Shown here: piece by piece, positions 35,598 through 44,929 of the stretch
How positions within the stretch are numbered: position 1 is the stretch's first letter
Layout of the letters: every line of letters begins with the position of its first letter
Virus record (IMG/VR): IMGVR_UViG_3300032327_000398
Span: 1-58,372 of that record
Length of the DNA stretch: 58,372 nucleotides
From: a virus
Lineage: Duplodnaviria > Caudoviricetes
Direction: 5' to 3' (one strand)
Translations under genes and position numbers: made by a program
The notes under the pieces: generated by a model
Told to the model about the DNA's origin: nothing
Seen by the model: only the letters and a program-made list of their open reading frames with translations
The model's database searches: none

Positions 35598-36242
35598 ATG
35601 GCCGCATGGACGTTTAGTCAGCTAGAGAAGTACACGACATGCCCCAAACAGTTCTACCACTTGCGTGTCGCTAAAGACTTTAAAGACCCACCAACAGAGC
35701 ACACCATGTGGGGTGAGGCCGTTCACACAGCCTTTGAATACCGCATTGCCGAAGGCACACCGCTTCCTGAAGGTATGTCGCAGTGGGAAGGCATAGCAGC
35801 TAAGTTAGCAGCGCTTAAAGGTAAAAAGTATGTCGAGCATCAGATCGGTATCTCCAAGTCGTTTGCACCTAGCCCATGGGCACAGTCATGGAGTCGTGGA
35901 ATTCTAGATTTGTTAGTAGTTGATGGCAGTAAAGCAGGAGTTTTTGATTATAAAACTGGTAAACGTAAGCAAACAGACCAGTTAAGTCTCTATGCGGCGT
36001 ATACTTTTGCTGCCTTTCCTCAAGTAGAAACAGTTACTACTGGCTTTATTTGGCTCAAAGACAAAAAAATAGATACAGAAAAATTCACACGAGACGATGT
36101 ACCTACTATCTGGCAGTCGTTTTTGCCGACAGTCCGTAAATTAGAACTTGCATACGACAACAACCAATGGCCAGCTAGGCCTTCAGGGCTCTGTCGTGCA
36201 TGGTGTGCCGTTACTTCATGCCCTCACAATGGTAAAAAATAG
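35598..36242 (+). CDS. PD-(D/E)XK exonuclease, Cas4/RecB-like
   Basis: SQL..Y..CP, G.AVH, GILDL, DYKTG, Q..LY and C-terminal C..WC....C. Confidence 0.85.
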   Translation: MAAWTFSQLEKYTTCPKQFYHLRVAKDFKDPPTEHTMWGEAVHTAFEYRIAEGTPLPEGMSQWEGIAAKLAALKGKKYVEHQIGISKSFAPSPWAQSWSRGILDLLVVDGSKAGVFDYKTGKRKQTDQLSLYAAYTFAAFPQVETVTTGFIWLKDKKIDTEKFTRDDVPTIWQSFLPTVRKLELAYDNNQWPARPSGLCRAWCAVTSCPHNGKK

Positions 36243-36244
36243 CA

Positions 36245-36394
36245 ATGCAAACCACCTCACTATCCTGCTTGAGTACAGATGAGTTACTCACACATATACA
36301 ATTTAAGGAAGAACTAAACGACTGGGAGATTGAGCTAGCTCAGCGACTTCAGTTAGCGGTTGATTTACTGGAGGAACATGGCCTCAACTCCTGA
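36245..36394 (+). CDS. Small acidic protein (49 aa, not in ORF track)
   Basis: LSTDELL...EIELAQRL. Confidence 0.5.
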   Translation: MQTTSLSCLSTDELLTHIQFKEELNDWEIELAQRLQLAVDLLEEHGLNS

Positions 36395-36698
36395 AGGAAG
36401 GGTCAAAGCAGCCGTCAAGAAGCTGCTTAAGGCCTACGGTATTTGGTACTACATGCCTGTGGCGGGGCCTTTTGCCCGTCACGGCATACCTGATTTTAGT
36501 TGCATGGCACCCGGAGCCAAGGCTTTCTTCATTGAAACTAAAGCACCGGGTAAAGTAAATAGCACGACCGATAACCAGAAAGCAGTCCACGCCGAGATTA
36601 GGGCTGTGGGCGGTACGGTGTTGGTCATCGACAACGTAGCACCGCTTAAGGAGTATTTGGATGGGATCGGAACGCACACCCGCCATGAAGGCAGCTGA
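36378..36698 (+). CDS. VRR-NUC domain nuclease
   Basis: TPEG.VK, GIPD, FFIETKAPG, Q......I...GG. Confidence 0.85.
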   Translation: MASTPEGRVKAAVKKLLKAYGIWYYMPVAGPFARHGIPDFSCMAPGAKAFFIETKAPGKVNSTTDNQKAVHAEIRAVGGTVLVIDNVAPLKEYLDGIGTHTRHEGS

Positions 36699-36933
36699 CG
36701 ACGCTTATCAGGCACAACCGGAACAAGTCGCTAAGCGTGTAGCACGTAACGCTGCTAGGCGTGAAGCCATGAAAGCAGGACTTGTACATAAAGGCGACGG
36801 TAAGGATGTCGACCACAGAAAAATGTTAGACGCTGGCGGCACTAACGCCAAGAGTAATCAACGAGTTGTATCGGCATCGGAGAATCGCTCATGGAGAGAC
36901 AGTCACCCCACTGTGTACGGCAAGAAGAAGTAG
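36661..36933 (+). CDS. Small HNH-like protein
   Basis: GDGKDVDH....GG.N...N.RVV....NRS. Confidence 0.65.
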   Translation: MGSERTPAMKAADDAYQAQPEQVAKRVARNAARREAMKAGLVHKGDGKDVDHRKMLDAGGTNAKSNQRVVSASENRSWRDSHPTVYGKKK

Positions 36934-36950
36934 TAGTACCATCAGATTTA

Positions 36951-37229
36951 ATGCACGCAATGAGTTCAGACGTACAAGCTAATAGATGGATACTCTCAGA
37001 AATACTAGGTATTGACGAGATGCGTGTGCAAGAAACACCTTTTAGTGTCTCACCCTATGAGACAGCACATACGTACATATGCATTAAAGATAGACGGGAG
37101 GTATGTCGTATGACCATACCCGATGATGTTCCACTGCAAGACAAAGTTACTGCGCTGAAAGCAGCGTTGAGGTTATCCCATGGCAACAATACTGAAGGAA
37201 AAGAAGGCCGTAATCCTAAAATTACGTGA
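36951..37229 (+). CDS. Hypothetical protein (start uncertain)
   Basis: ORF filling the gap before the helicase. Confidence 0.45.
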   Translation: MHAMSSDVQANRWILSEILGIDEMRVQETPFSVSPYETAHTYICIKDRREVCRMTIPDDVPLQDKVTALKAALRLSHGNNTEGKEGRNPKIT

Positions 37230-38751
37230 CCCTGCTCGTGTCACTACCGTCATCCCCACGGCACGGCTAGTCAAGCATAAGGGTGCCACACTCGTTGCCG
37301 TTCCCCACAGACCAGATGAGACACGGGTACTTCGCGCGCTAGGTTTTAAGTTGCCCGACCCGATGCGGGTGCACTATGAGTGGCCTAAAGCAAGCGGCAG
37401 ATTTTCCCCCTACCAGACTCAACTTGAGACTGCGAGCTTTGCCTCGATGAATTCGCGCTGCTTTATTAACAACTCCATGGGAACCGGCAAGACAGTCAGC
37501 TCGCTCTGGGCCTACGACTACATGAGGACTACCCGACAAGTTAAAAAGCTACTAATCATTTGTCCACTCTCCACAATGGAGCGTACTTGGGCAGATGAGA
37601 TCTTTAAGACCTTCCCGCACCTGCAAGCCAATGTGCTGTATGGCTCAGCCGAACGACGCAAGAAGCTACTCGCAGACAAGGCGGCAGACATTTACATCAT
37701 CAACACCGATGGGTTGCGAATCGTTAAGGATCTTCTGGCTAAGCGCGATGACATTGATGTTGTAATCGTCGATGAGGTTGCCATGTTTCGTAACGCGGGA
37801 ACAACACGGTTCAAGGTACTCAACGAGATTCTCAACAAACAACCCGTGCAGCGACGGGTCTGGGCGCTTACTGGGATGCCAACGCCTAACGCCCCAACAG
37901 ATGCATGGGCACAGTGCAGACTGGTGACTCCGGGCAGCACCGCCGTACCGAAATACTTTGGAGCCGCGCGAGACGCGCTGATGGACTCCAGGGGCCCGTT
38001 CAAGTTCGTGGCTAAGCCGTCAGCCAACGATACAGTTAGAGAGTGGATGCAGCCCTCGATCCGGTTTTCACTCGACGATGTAACAGAACTCCCCGAGCAA
38101 GTCATACTACACCGCCATGCGGAGATGTCAGAAGCTCAGAAACGTGCCTACAACATGATGCTCAGTAAGCTCAAGACCGAGTATGCAGGTGGTGAGATTC
38201 TTGCGCTCAACGAGGCTGTGAAGGCCTCTAAGTTAGTCCAGATCGCTTGCGGTGTGGCGTACGCCGTGGATGGTCAGCGCGTCATGCTCCCTGCCCCCAA
38301 CCGCATCGAGTTGCTTCGAGAACTGATTGCAGAGTCCGAAGGTAAGGTGATCGTATTTGTACCCCTCACAGGAGCCCTTGAGCATGTTGCCAAAGAGTTA
38401 TCAGATGAATGGGAAGTTGCTGTTGTCCATGGAGCTACGCCCAAGTCCGAGCGCGACCAGATATTTGGCAACTTTCAGAACGCCCCTAACCCCCATGTGC
38501 TGGTGGCAAACCCCGGCACGATGTCCCATGGCCTAACCCTCACTGCCGCTACGACAATTATTTGGTTTGCCCCAATCTACAGCCTCGATATATACGGTCA
38601 GGCGAATGCACGAATTTTACGCATTGGCCAGAAGAGCAAGACACGGATTATCAATATTTCAGGATCAGCCATTGAGGAGAAAATCTATGATCGACTGGAG
38701 AAAAAGGAGTCAATGCAAGCGTTACTGCTGGACATGCTTGAGAAACAGTAA
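37180..38751 (+). CDS. SNF2-like SF2 helicase
   Basis: MGTGKT, VIVDE, LTGMP, HGLTLT and QANARILRIGQ motifs. Confidence 0.9.
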   Translation: MATILKEKKAVILKLRDPARVTTVIPTARLVKHKGATLVAVPHRPDETRVLRALGFKLPDPMRVHYEWPKASGRFSPYQTQLETASFASMNSRCFINNSMGTGKTVSSLWAYDYMRTTRQVKKLLIICPLSTMERTWADEIFKTFPHLQANVLYGSAERRKKLLADKAADIYIINTDGLRIVKDLLAKRDDIDVVIVDEVAMFRNAGTTRFKVLNEILNKQPVQRRVWALTGMPTPNAPTDAWAQCRLVTPGSTAVPKYFGAARDALMDSRGPFKFVAKPSANDTVREWMQPSIRFSLDDVTELPEQVILHRHAEMSEAQKRAYNMMLSKLKTEYAGGEILALNEAVKASKLVQIACGVAYAVDGQRVMLPAPNRIELLRELIAESEGKVIVFVPLTGALEHVAKELSDEWEVAVVHGATPKSERDQIFGNFQNAPNPHVLVANPGTMSHGLTLTAATTIIWFAPIYSLDIYGQANARILRIGQKSKTRIINISGSAIEEKIYDRLEKKESMQALLLDMLEKQ

Positions 38752-38767
38752 AAATATATGTTAGCTA

Positions 38768-38798
38768 TTGACACACATACACACAACCGTGTTAGTAT
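38768..38798 (+). promoter_or_regulatory. Putative promoter
   Basis: TTGACA and TGnTAGTAT (long 19-bp spacer), flanked by TGTTAG and TACACAC motifs. Confidence 0.4.
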
Positions 38799-38822
38799 GT
38801 GACTTCACTGGAGATTTACATC

Positions 38823-39203
38823 ATGCAAATTGATGAATTGATTGGTAAATACGTCGAACTGCGCGACAAGAAGGCTGAGATTAAAGCAGCCTACACAGAG
38901 AAAGCCGCCAAGATTGATGCGGTTCTTGATAAGATCGAAGGCAAATTACTGGAAACATTTACCAAGTCAGGTACCGAGTCAGTACGTACCGAGTTTGGAA
39001 CAGCATATAAATCCACAGTCGTATCCTGCACAACAGCAGACAAGAGTGTGTTTCTGAAGTTTGTGCAAGATAACGATGCATGGCCTTTGTTAGATGCTCG
39101 TCCCCTAAAGTCAGCCATTGTTGAGTACCAAGAGCAGCACCAAAATATACCTCCGGGCTTGAACTGGAGCTCAGAAGTTGTAGTTAATGTGCGCCGCGCA
39201 TAG
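38823..39203 (+). CDS. Conserved coiled-coil replication-module protein
   Basis: Y..LRDK, SVRTEFGT and PPGLN motifs. Confidence 0.65.
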   Translation: MQIDELIGKYVELRDKKAEIKAAYTEKAAKIDAVLDKIEGKLLETFTKSGTESVRTEFGTAYKSTVVSCTTADKSVFLKFVQDNDAWPLLDARPLKSAIVEYQEQHQNIPPGLNWSSEVVVNVRRA

Positions 39204-39237
39204 TATTATCCTAACACCCCCCACGGAGTTACTAATT

Positions 39238-40209
39238 ATGTCAAACATCATCCCCTTTGACGGTGGCACGCTTCCCGCCTACCTCAAGAACAAAAACGCA
39301 GCAGCTATTAACGCTGACCTGATCGCCCACGCAGCCTCGGGCGGATTTCCCTCAATCTCTATCAAGGGTAAAGTATTTGCCATCGTTCGTGATGGCGAGC
39401 GTAAGATTTTGCCTAACCCGAAAGATCCAGATTCACCTGCCACCTCCATTGATGTGGTGATGATTAAGGTCAACAAAGGTACGAGCAAAGTGTTTTACGC
39501 AAAGGGTTACACCGAAGGCGAAGATGCTAAGCCAGATTGCTTTAGCTCAGAGGGTGTAGTCCCAGACCCAAGCTCAGTGAATGTTCAAGCCAAGGCATGT
39601 GCGACCTGCAAGAACAACCAGTGGGGCTCACGCATCTCCGAGCAAGGCAAGAAGGGTAAGGCCTGTGCAGATTCAATCCGTATGGCAGTTGCTGCACCTG
39701 ACGCACTGAACGATCCGATGTTGTTGCGTGTTCCTGCAGCTTCCATCCGTGCCATTGGTGAGTACGGTGCAATGCTTGCTAAGCGTGGCGTGGCGTACAA
39801 CGCAGTCGTGACCAAGATCAGTTTCGATCAAGACGTAGCAACTCCCAAGCTGCTGCTCAAGGCTGTCGGGTTTATTACCGAGGCGGCTGTCGATGAGTCT
39901 ATCGAGATGGCCTCATCTGATGTGGTGCAGAACATCCTCGGTGCTGGTGGATTTACGGCTTCTGAAAGCGCTGTGGATGCCCCCGATGTAGCCGAGACCG
40001 TTGTCGCTGCCGCCAAAGCATCGAGCAAGGAAGCTGTTGCCAAGAGCAAGACTGTCACAGCAGATGAAGTTGATGCAGCCGTCGAGGCAGCAGAAGCCGA
40101 GGTCGCTACGCCAGTCGCTAAGGCTAAGCCCGCAGCCAAGGCCAAGCCCACACCGGTTGAAGTGGATATTGATCTCGATGATCTGGGTGACTTGAACTTC
40201 GATGACTAG
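39238..40209 (+). CDS. Putative single-stranded DNA-binding protein
   Basis: ISIKG..F, PDC.S, C..C..N.WGS, KAC; acidic C-terminus LDDLGDLNFDD. Confidence 0.65.
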   Translation: MSNIIPFDGGTLPAYLKNKNAAAINADLIAHAASGGFPSISIKGKVFAIVRDGERKILPNPKDPDSPATSIDVVMIKVNKGTSKVFYAKGYTEGEDAKPDCFSSEGVVPDPSSVNVQAKACATCKNNQWGSRISEQGKKGKACADSIRMAVAAPDALNDPMLLRVPAASIRAIGEYGAMLAKRGVAYNAVVTKISFDQDVATPKLLLKAVGFITEAAVDESIEMASSDVVQNILGAGGFTASESAVDAPDVAETVVAAAKASSKEAVAKSKTVTADEVDAAVEAAEAEVATPVAKAKPAAKAKPTPVEVDIDLDDLGDLNFDD

Positions 40210-40221
40210 AGCGTGAGGGTG

Positions 40222-40259
40222 GCGGGGAGCGGAGTCGACGCCGTTCCCCGTTTTTATTT
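40222..40259 (+). terminator. Rho-independent terminator
   Basis: GCGGGGAGCGG...CCGTTCCCCGT hairpin followed by a T tract. Confidence 0.7.
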
Positions 40260-40278
40260 GTGTCGCAGGAGACGTTGA

Positions 40279-43203
40279 TTGAATACCCTCGAATTTTTTA
40301 AGCGCATACTTCCTGCCACGGGAGTCCATTATCTAGCCATCATTGATAACACCACAAAGCGCACCGCACACAAGGCATATACCGATTTAGCCACCATGGC
40401 AGCTGATGCTCTGGAGCTAGACAAACGCAGCAAAGTTAGTATCTACCACGCATGTGCTGCCTTCAAAGAACCATTCGTCGAACAAGGTGGCAAGCATAAA
40501 TACCGAGTACCTACTAACCAACTATCAGCCAAAGCGTTTTGGGTAGACATAGATTGTGGTCAGGAGAAGTTTTCAAAAGGCGCGGGATACTTACTACAAG
40601 CTGATGCTACCCGAGCATTGATTGGGTTTGCACGCACACTTGGTCTATCAGACCCTATGATTGTCAGCTCAGGCTACGGCGTCCATGGGTACTGGCCGCT
40701 TACCGAGTCGATCTCACCTGTCCGTTGGATCAAGATTGCTCAGGCACTTAAAGCTGCCCTTTCATTTCAGCAGGTGTTAGTTGATACCGGCATTACCGCA
40801 GACTTTGCACGTATATTGCGTCCCATCGGAACGACGAATAAGAAACGAGACAGTAGGATTGTTAAGCTGGTACGCGACGCAGCAGATACTAACGTAGATA
40901 AATTTGAAGAGATATTAATAGAGTTTGTTAGTAACCACAGCATTGAGTTGGAGCCTCCTGAGTTTGATCGGGATCTTAACTCTGACTTGACTGGGCACTT
41001 GCCACCAGACATCCCTGTATGGGCAGATACCGTAGCAGATAAATGCCAGCAAGTTGCCAAGATGCGCGACACTAAAGGCGATGTGAGCTACGAGCACTGG
41101 CGCGGTGTGATCGGCGTAATTAAGTTTTGCCAAGAAGGTGTGGAGCTCGCCCATGCGTGGAGCAGTGAACGTGCCAACACAGACCACGGGCAGCTCGATG
41201 TAGACAAGATGTACAACACATGGGACTCAGCACCCACTACCTGTGGATTCTTTGAGAAGAACAACCCCGGTGGCTGTGCAGGCTGTGAGTTCTTTGGCGC
41301 GGGCAAGTTTAAATCCCCGATCGTGTTAGGTCGTCGTGAGGAAGTTACGGTCGAGCACGAGGTCGAGGTTGTGAAAGATGGAGCAGTCATTACGGCCACC
41401 ATACCTGCCCTGCCCTCTGGCTACGTAAATCGTGCAGGTGTACTTCACCGTCAGCTAAAGGATGCCGAGGGTGTGATTCACGAGTTCGCTATCAGTGCCA
41501 CCATGTTCTACCCCAGAACACGCATCAGACGAGGAGACGATAAGTATGCACTTTCCATCAGAGCGCACTTGCCCCGCGAGGGCGTCAAGGATTTCGATAT
41601 TAGCCAAGGCTCACTTGCCTCACCCATGGAGCTTCAAAAGTCGCTCGCGGAGTACCAGATCGTGACAACGAACAATAAGGATGCCGGAATGCACATGACC
41701 GCATACATGAAGGACTGGCTTGAAAAGCTTAAGCAAGAAACTGATGAACAGAATACTTACCAGAGCTTTGGGTGGCAGGATGACTCTCAGAACTTCCTAC
41801 TAGGCGACCGGATGTATCACTTCGATGGTACGGTGCGCGAGGTATTGGTGGGTACCAACGCACGGGGCAAGCTCGATAATTTCCCCTACCCCAAGGGCTC
41901 ACTGCACGAGTGGGCGGAAGCCATTAAGTTTCTGTACAGCCATGAGGGACAGGAGTATCGCCAGTACACCATCGCCTCCGCTCTGGGCTCGGTGCTCACT
42001 AACCTGTCAAGTGATCCGCTGTATAAGGGCTTAGTCTTTGCGCTTGTCGGTGGCGAGACCGGTATGGGTAAAACGACTCTGGCTCGTGCGGCACTCTCGG
42101 CTTTTGGCGACCCCGACAAGATGTCCCTCAAGACCGACCAAGGTGCGACGCTGAACGCCCGTTACATGCTGATGGGTACGTACAAGGATTTGCCTATTCT
42201 GGTGGATGAAGTCACCAACATTGACCCAGAGGAGATGTCAGCCTTTTGCTACACCGTATCCCTTGGCGAAGAAAAGATGCGCCTGACCGTGACCAAGGGC
42301 AGTGGCGTGGGCTTTGCCGATACCAACACATGGGCGATGTCTGTGTTTGTGACCGCTAACGCGGATCTCCATGCCATCCTGTCTAGCAAGAACGCCAACT
42401 CCCAAGCGGAGGCCGTGCGCATGATCCAGATCAAGGTCGATAACCACAAGATGGTTAAGAACGAGGCAAGCGTGGTCAACGCAGCGGTGCGCAAACTGGA
42501 GCGCAGCAAAGGGATGGCGGGTGATGCACTCCTGCGCTACGTCGTAGCCAACCGGCTCGAGGTCGAGGCCATCATGCTCAAGTGGGCAGCACGTATCGAG
42601 AAGGCTGTCCCCGAAACCAAGTACCGGTTCTATCGTGGACATGCCGAGTGCTCGCTGGCCGCCATTGAGATATGCAACCGTATCGGTGCGACGGATTTCG
42701 ACATGGAGCTGCTATTTGACTACGTGGTGCGTTTGTTTGCCGAGCTTGCCATGGACGTATCAACCACCAACTCGCTCACGCCAGAGGACGCATTAAGCGC
42801 CATGCTGACCTCATTCTCTAATCAAATCATCGTGAGTAATGAGTATCGCGACAAACGGGGTGATCCGCCAGAGATATTGACCAAGACCGTAGTTAACCCT
42901 GTGGGTCGCTACATCATTGGCAACAAGGTAGAAGAACGACTTGCGGGTCGCTTGTATTTATCTATCGCTGCTATCCGAGATTGGTGCTCAGCAAATCGCA
43001 CCACATACGCGTCCCTGATCGGTGCGGCAGAAGCCATGGGACTACCCATCCCATTAGAGGACAACCGCTTCTTTTTAGGTCGGGGTACTGGTCAGGTTGT
43101 GGGGCAGGCGCGCTGCATTTGTCTGGACTACAACAAACTTCAAGCAATACACGGTGGGCTTAATCGCCTAGATAACGTAACTTCAATTAGAAAGGTGATG
43201 TAA
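40279..43203 (+). CDS. Primase-helicase (AEP-like N-terminus, PriCT-like, DUF927, P-loop helicase)
   Basis: FWVDID, SGYGVHGYW, Cys cluster, FGWQ, Walker A GETGMGKT, ILVDE; TTG start with AGGAG SD. Confidence 0.85.
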   Translation: MNTLEFFKRILPATGVHYLAIIDNTTKRTAHKAYTDLATMAADALELDKRSKVSIYHACAAFKEPFVEQGGKHKYRVPTNQLSAKAFWVDIDCGQEKFSKGAGYLLQADATRALIGFARTLGLSDPMIVSSGYGVHGYWPLTESISPVRWIKIAQALKAALSFQQVLVDTGITADFARILRPIGTTNKKRDSRIVKLVRDAADTNVDKFEEILIEFVSNHSIELEPPEFDRDLNSDLTGHLPPDIPVWADTVADKCQQVAKMRDTKGDVSYEHWRGVIGVIKFCQEGVELAHAWSSERANTDHGQLDVDKMYNTWDSAPTTCGFFEKNNPGGCAGCEFFGAGKFKSPIVLGRREEVTVEHEVEVVKDGAVITATIPALPSGYVNRAGVLHRQLKDAEGVIHEFAISATMFYPRTRIRRGDDKYALSIRAHLPREGVKDFDISQGSLASPMELQKSLAEYQIVTTNNKDAGMHMTAYMKDWLEKLKQETDEQNTYQSFGWQDDSQNFLLGDRMYHFDGTVREVLVGTNARGKLDNFPYPKGSLHEWAEAIKFLYSHEGQEYRQYTIASALGSVLTNLSSDPLYKGLVFALVGGETGMGKTTLARAALSAFGDPDKMSLKTDQGATLNARYMLMGTYKDLPILVDEVTNIDPEEMSAFCYTVSLGEEKMRLTVTKGSGVGFADTNTWAMSVFVTANADLHAILSSKNANSQAEAVRMIQIKVDNHKMVKNEASVVNAAVRKLERSKGMAGDALLRYVVANRLEVEAIMLKWAARIEKAVPETKYRFYRGHAECSLAAIEICNRIGATDFDMELLFDYVVRLFAELAMDVSTTNSLTPEDALSAMLTSFSNQIIVSNEYRDKRGDPPEILTKTVVNPVGRYIIGNKVEERLAGRLYLSIAAIRDWCSANRTTYASLIGAAEAMGLPIPLEDNRFFLGRGTGQVVGQARCICLDYNKLQAIHGGLNRLDNVTSIRKVM

Positions 43204-43415
43204 TGGAAAAGGTTAAACAACTACCCGTCGAGGGTATGGTTCGGCTCAGCGACTTGATTGGGGGGCCTACCCGGATCATCCCCTTTTCCCGTGCCACGAT
43301 CTACCGAATGATTGAGCAGGGCACTTTCCCTAGGCCTAAACGATTTGGTAACTGCGTGGCGTGGCCGGTGCAAGCCATCCGTGCATGGATAGATTCCGTG
43401 TCTAACTCTGAATGA
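43203..43415 (+). CDS. alpA: AlpA-family regulator/excisionase
   Basis: SRATIYRMI..GTFPRP...VAW....I.AWI; converges on the integrase. Confidence 0.88.
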   Translation: MEKVKQLPVEGMVRLSDLIGGPTRIIPFSRATIYRMIEQGTFPRPKRFGNCVAWPVQAIRAWIDSVSNSE

Positions 43416-44631
43416 ACCCCTTGGTATCCCTACCCTCGGCTAACGCATCCAGATAATCAGCCCATACCTGCATCATGCTCGTACGCTGCTTGAGGTGCTT
43501 AGTCCGGTTGTAGGCCGTGCCGTGGAGATCCTTCACCATGTGGCCAAGTTGTTGCTCGAGGTAGGTGTCCTTGAAGTTAAGGACTTCCTCCGCAATGGTA
43601 CGAAAGGTCGCACGAAACCCATGCACGGTAGTCTCTGTTCTCTCAAACCCCAGACGCACGAGCGCCGTATTTAACGTGCCGTCACTAATGGGTCTAGACT
43701 TTTGTAATCCGGGAAAAAGATATTCTCCATCGCCCGTTAAAAGTTTTAGTTCCTCAAGCTTTGCCACGACCTGAGTAGCTAGGGGCACAATCAACTGTGT
43801 TCCCAGTTTCTTCTCGGTCTTATTTGGCGTAAAGCTCCAAGACTTGTTCTTGAAATCAATATCCTCCCACTTAGCACGACGAATATCCCCAGGTCTAATC
43901 GCCACACGGGGCACTAACCAGAGCGCACACTTTGTCGAAGGACGTACCTTGGCATGCGGAATTGCTTTAAGTAGCACAGCGAGTTCAGCGGGATCGGTAA
44001 TCGCAGCAAAGTTATTGGTCTTAACCGCTGGCAGCGCACCCACCAAGTCCCGCGCGGGATTATGTTGAACCATCCCACGAATGACAGCAATTGAAAAGAC
44101 CCGCTTAATATCGGATAGCGCTCTATGCGCGATGTCATTGGAGCGTTGCACGATACGCTCGATTACGTGCAGGATCTCAGGGCCTGTAATCTCTTCCAGC
44201 GGTCTGTGCCCAAGGTAGGGTAATACGTCATTCTTTTGGCGGGTCGTGACATGTTCAAAGTGTTCGTCCACCCAACCACTGCGCTCCTTCTCAAGCCACA
44301 GCTTATAAGCAACTTGATACGTATTCTCAGTCTGGATAACGAGGGCTACCTTCTTGGCAACTTTAACCACCATCGGGTCACGCCCCACATCCAAGTCGGC
44401 TTTTGCAGCCTCTGTGGCCTTGCGCGCAGCAGCGAGGGACATCTCAGGGTATCGACCCATCGTTAGGGTTTTATATTTACCCCCGTACTTGTAGTTCATT
44501 CGGAAGGTAATCATGCCGCTTGGGCTTACGTACGCATACATCCCTGTCCCGTCTCCAAGCTTTACGGGCTTCTCCGAGCCTTTTACGCTGCGGAGCTGCA
44601 TGTCTTTTAGTTTCATTTTTACCTTCGGCAA
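43402..44631 (-). CDS. int: P4-type tyrosine integrase
   Basis: Arm domain DGTGM...GRYPEMSL..AR; catalytic R (RPGD), HGFR, LGH, AY; alternative ATG at 44616. Confidence 0.93.
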   Translation of the reverse strand: MPKVKMKLKDMQLRSVKGSEKPVKLGDGTGMYAYVSPSGMITFRMNYKYGGKYKTLTMGRYPEMSLAAARKATEAAKADLDVGRDPMVVKVAKKVALVIQTENTYQVAYKLWLEKERSGWVDEHFEHVTTRQKNDVLPYLGHRPLEEITGPEILHVIERIVQRSNDIAHRALSDIKRVFSIAVIRGMVQHNPARDLVGALPAVKTNNFAAITDPAELAVLLKAIPHAKVRPSTKCALWLVPRVAIRPGDIRRAKWEDIDFKNKSWSFTPNKTEKKLGTQLIVPLATQVVAKLEELKLLTGDGEYLFPGLQKSRPISDGTLNTALVRLGFERTETTVHGFRATFRTIAEEVLNFKDTYLEQQLGHMVKDLHGTAYNRTKHLKQRTSMMQVWADYLDALAEGRDTKGFIQS

Positions 44632-44788
44632 AAGGGTATAAGACCTTACTTTTTACCCTAAATAATCAGCGATGTACAGGTAAAAGGAGGTAATCAGAGA
44701 CGCTGGCTGAGATAACCTAGTAAGGTCTAGAAAACTGAAGAGCCGCATAAACGCTGGCTCTTGGCGTCTCACAGCGTTCCAAACAGAC

Positions 44789-44815
44789 AAAAAAATACCC
44801 ACTAAAAAGTGGGTA
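44789..44815 (-). terminator. Terminator following the att core
   Basis: TACCCACT-4 nt-AGTGGGTA hairpin plus T7 on the minus strand. Confidence 0.75.
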
Positions 44816-44816
44816 C

Positions 44817-44831
44817 TGGTAGGCGGTATTG
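44817..44831 (-). other. attP: Putative attP core resembling a tRNA 3' end
   Basis: Minus strand CAATACCGCCTACCA ends in CCA, is followed by a terminator and lies upstream of int. Confidence 0.65.
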
Positions 44832-44889
44832 ATACCTAATTCGTGCTTGAAAACAACAGCCCGTCTAGCGGTTTCCCCAAAAGGGCTGT

Positions 44890-44925
44890 TTTTACCCTCC
44901 GTTTTACCCTCCGTTTTACCCTCCG
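44890..44925. repeat. Three tandem 12-bp repeats, integrase arm-type sites
   Basis: TTTTACCCTCCG x3; related TTTTACC(C/T)T at 44617 and 44651, inverted copy at 44678. Confidence 0.7.
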
Positions 44926-44929
44926 CATT

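Noticed and set aside
44817-44831. Functional tRNA gene
   Set aside because: Only the last ~15 nt resemble a tRNA; no D, anticodon or T-loop upstream
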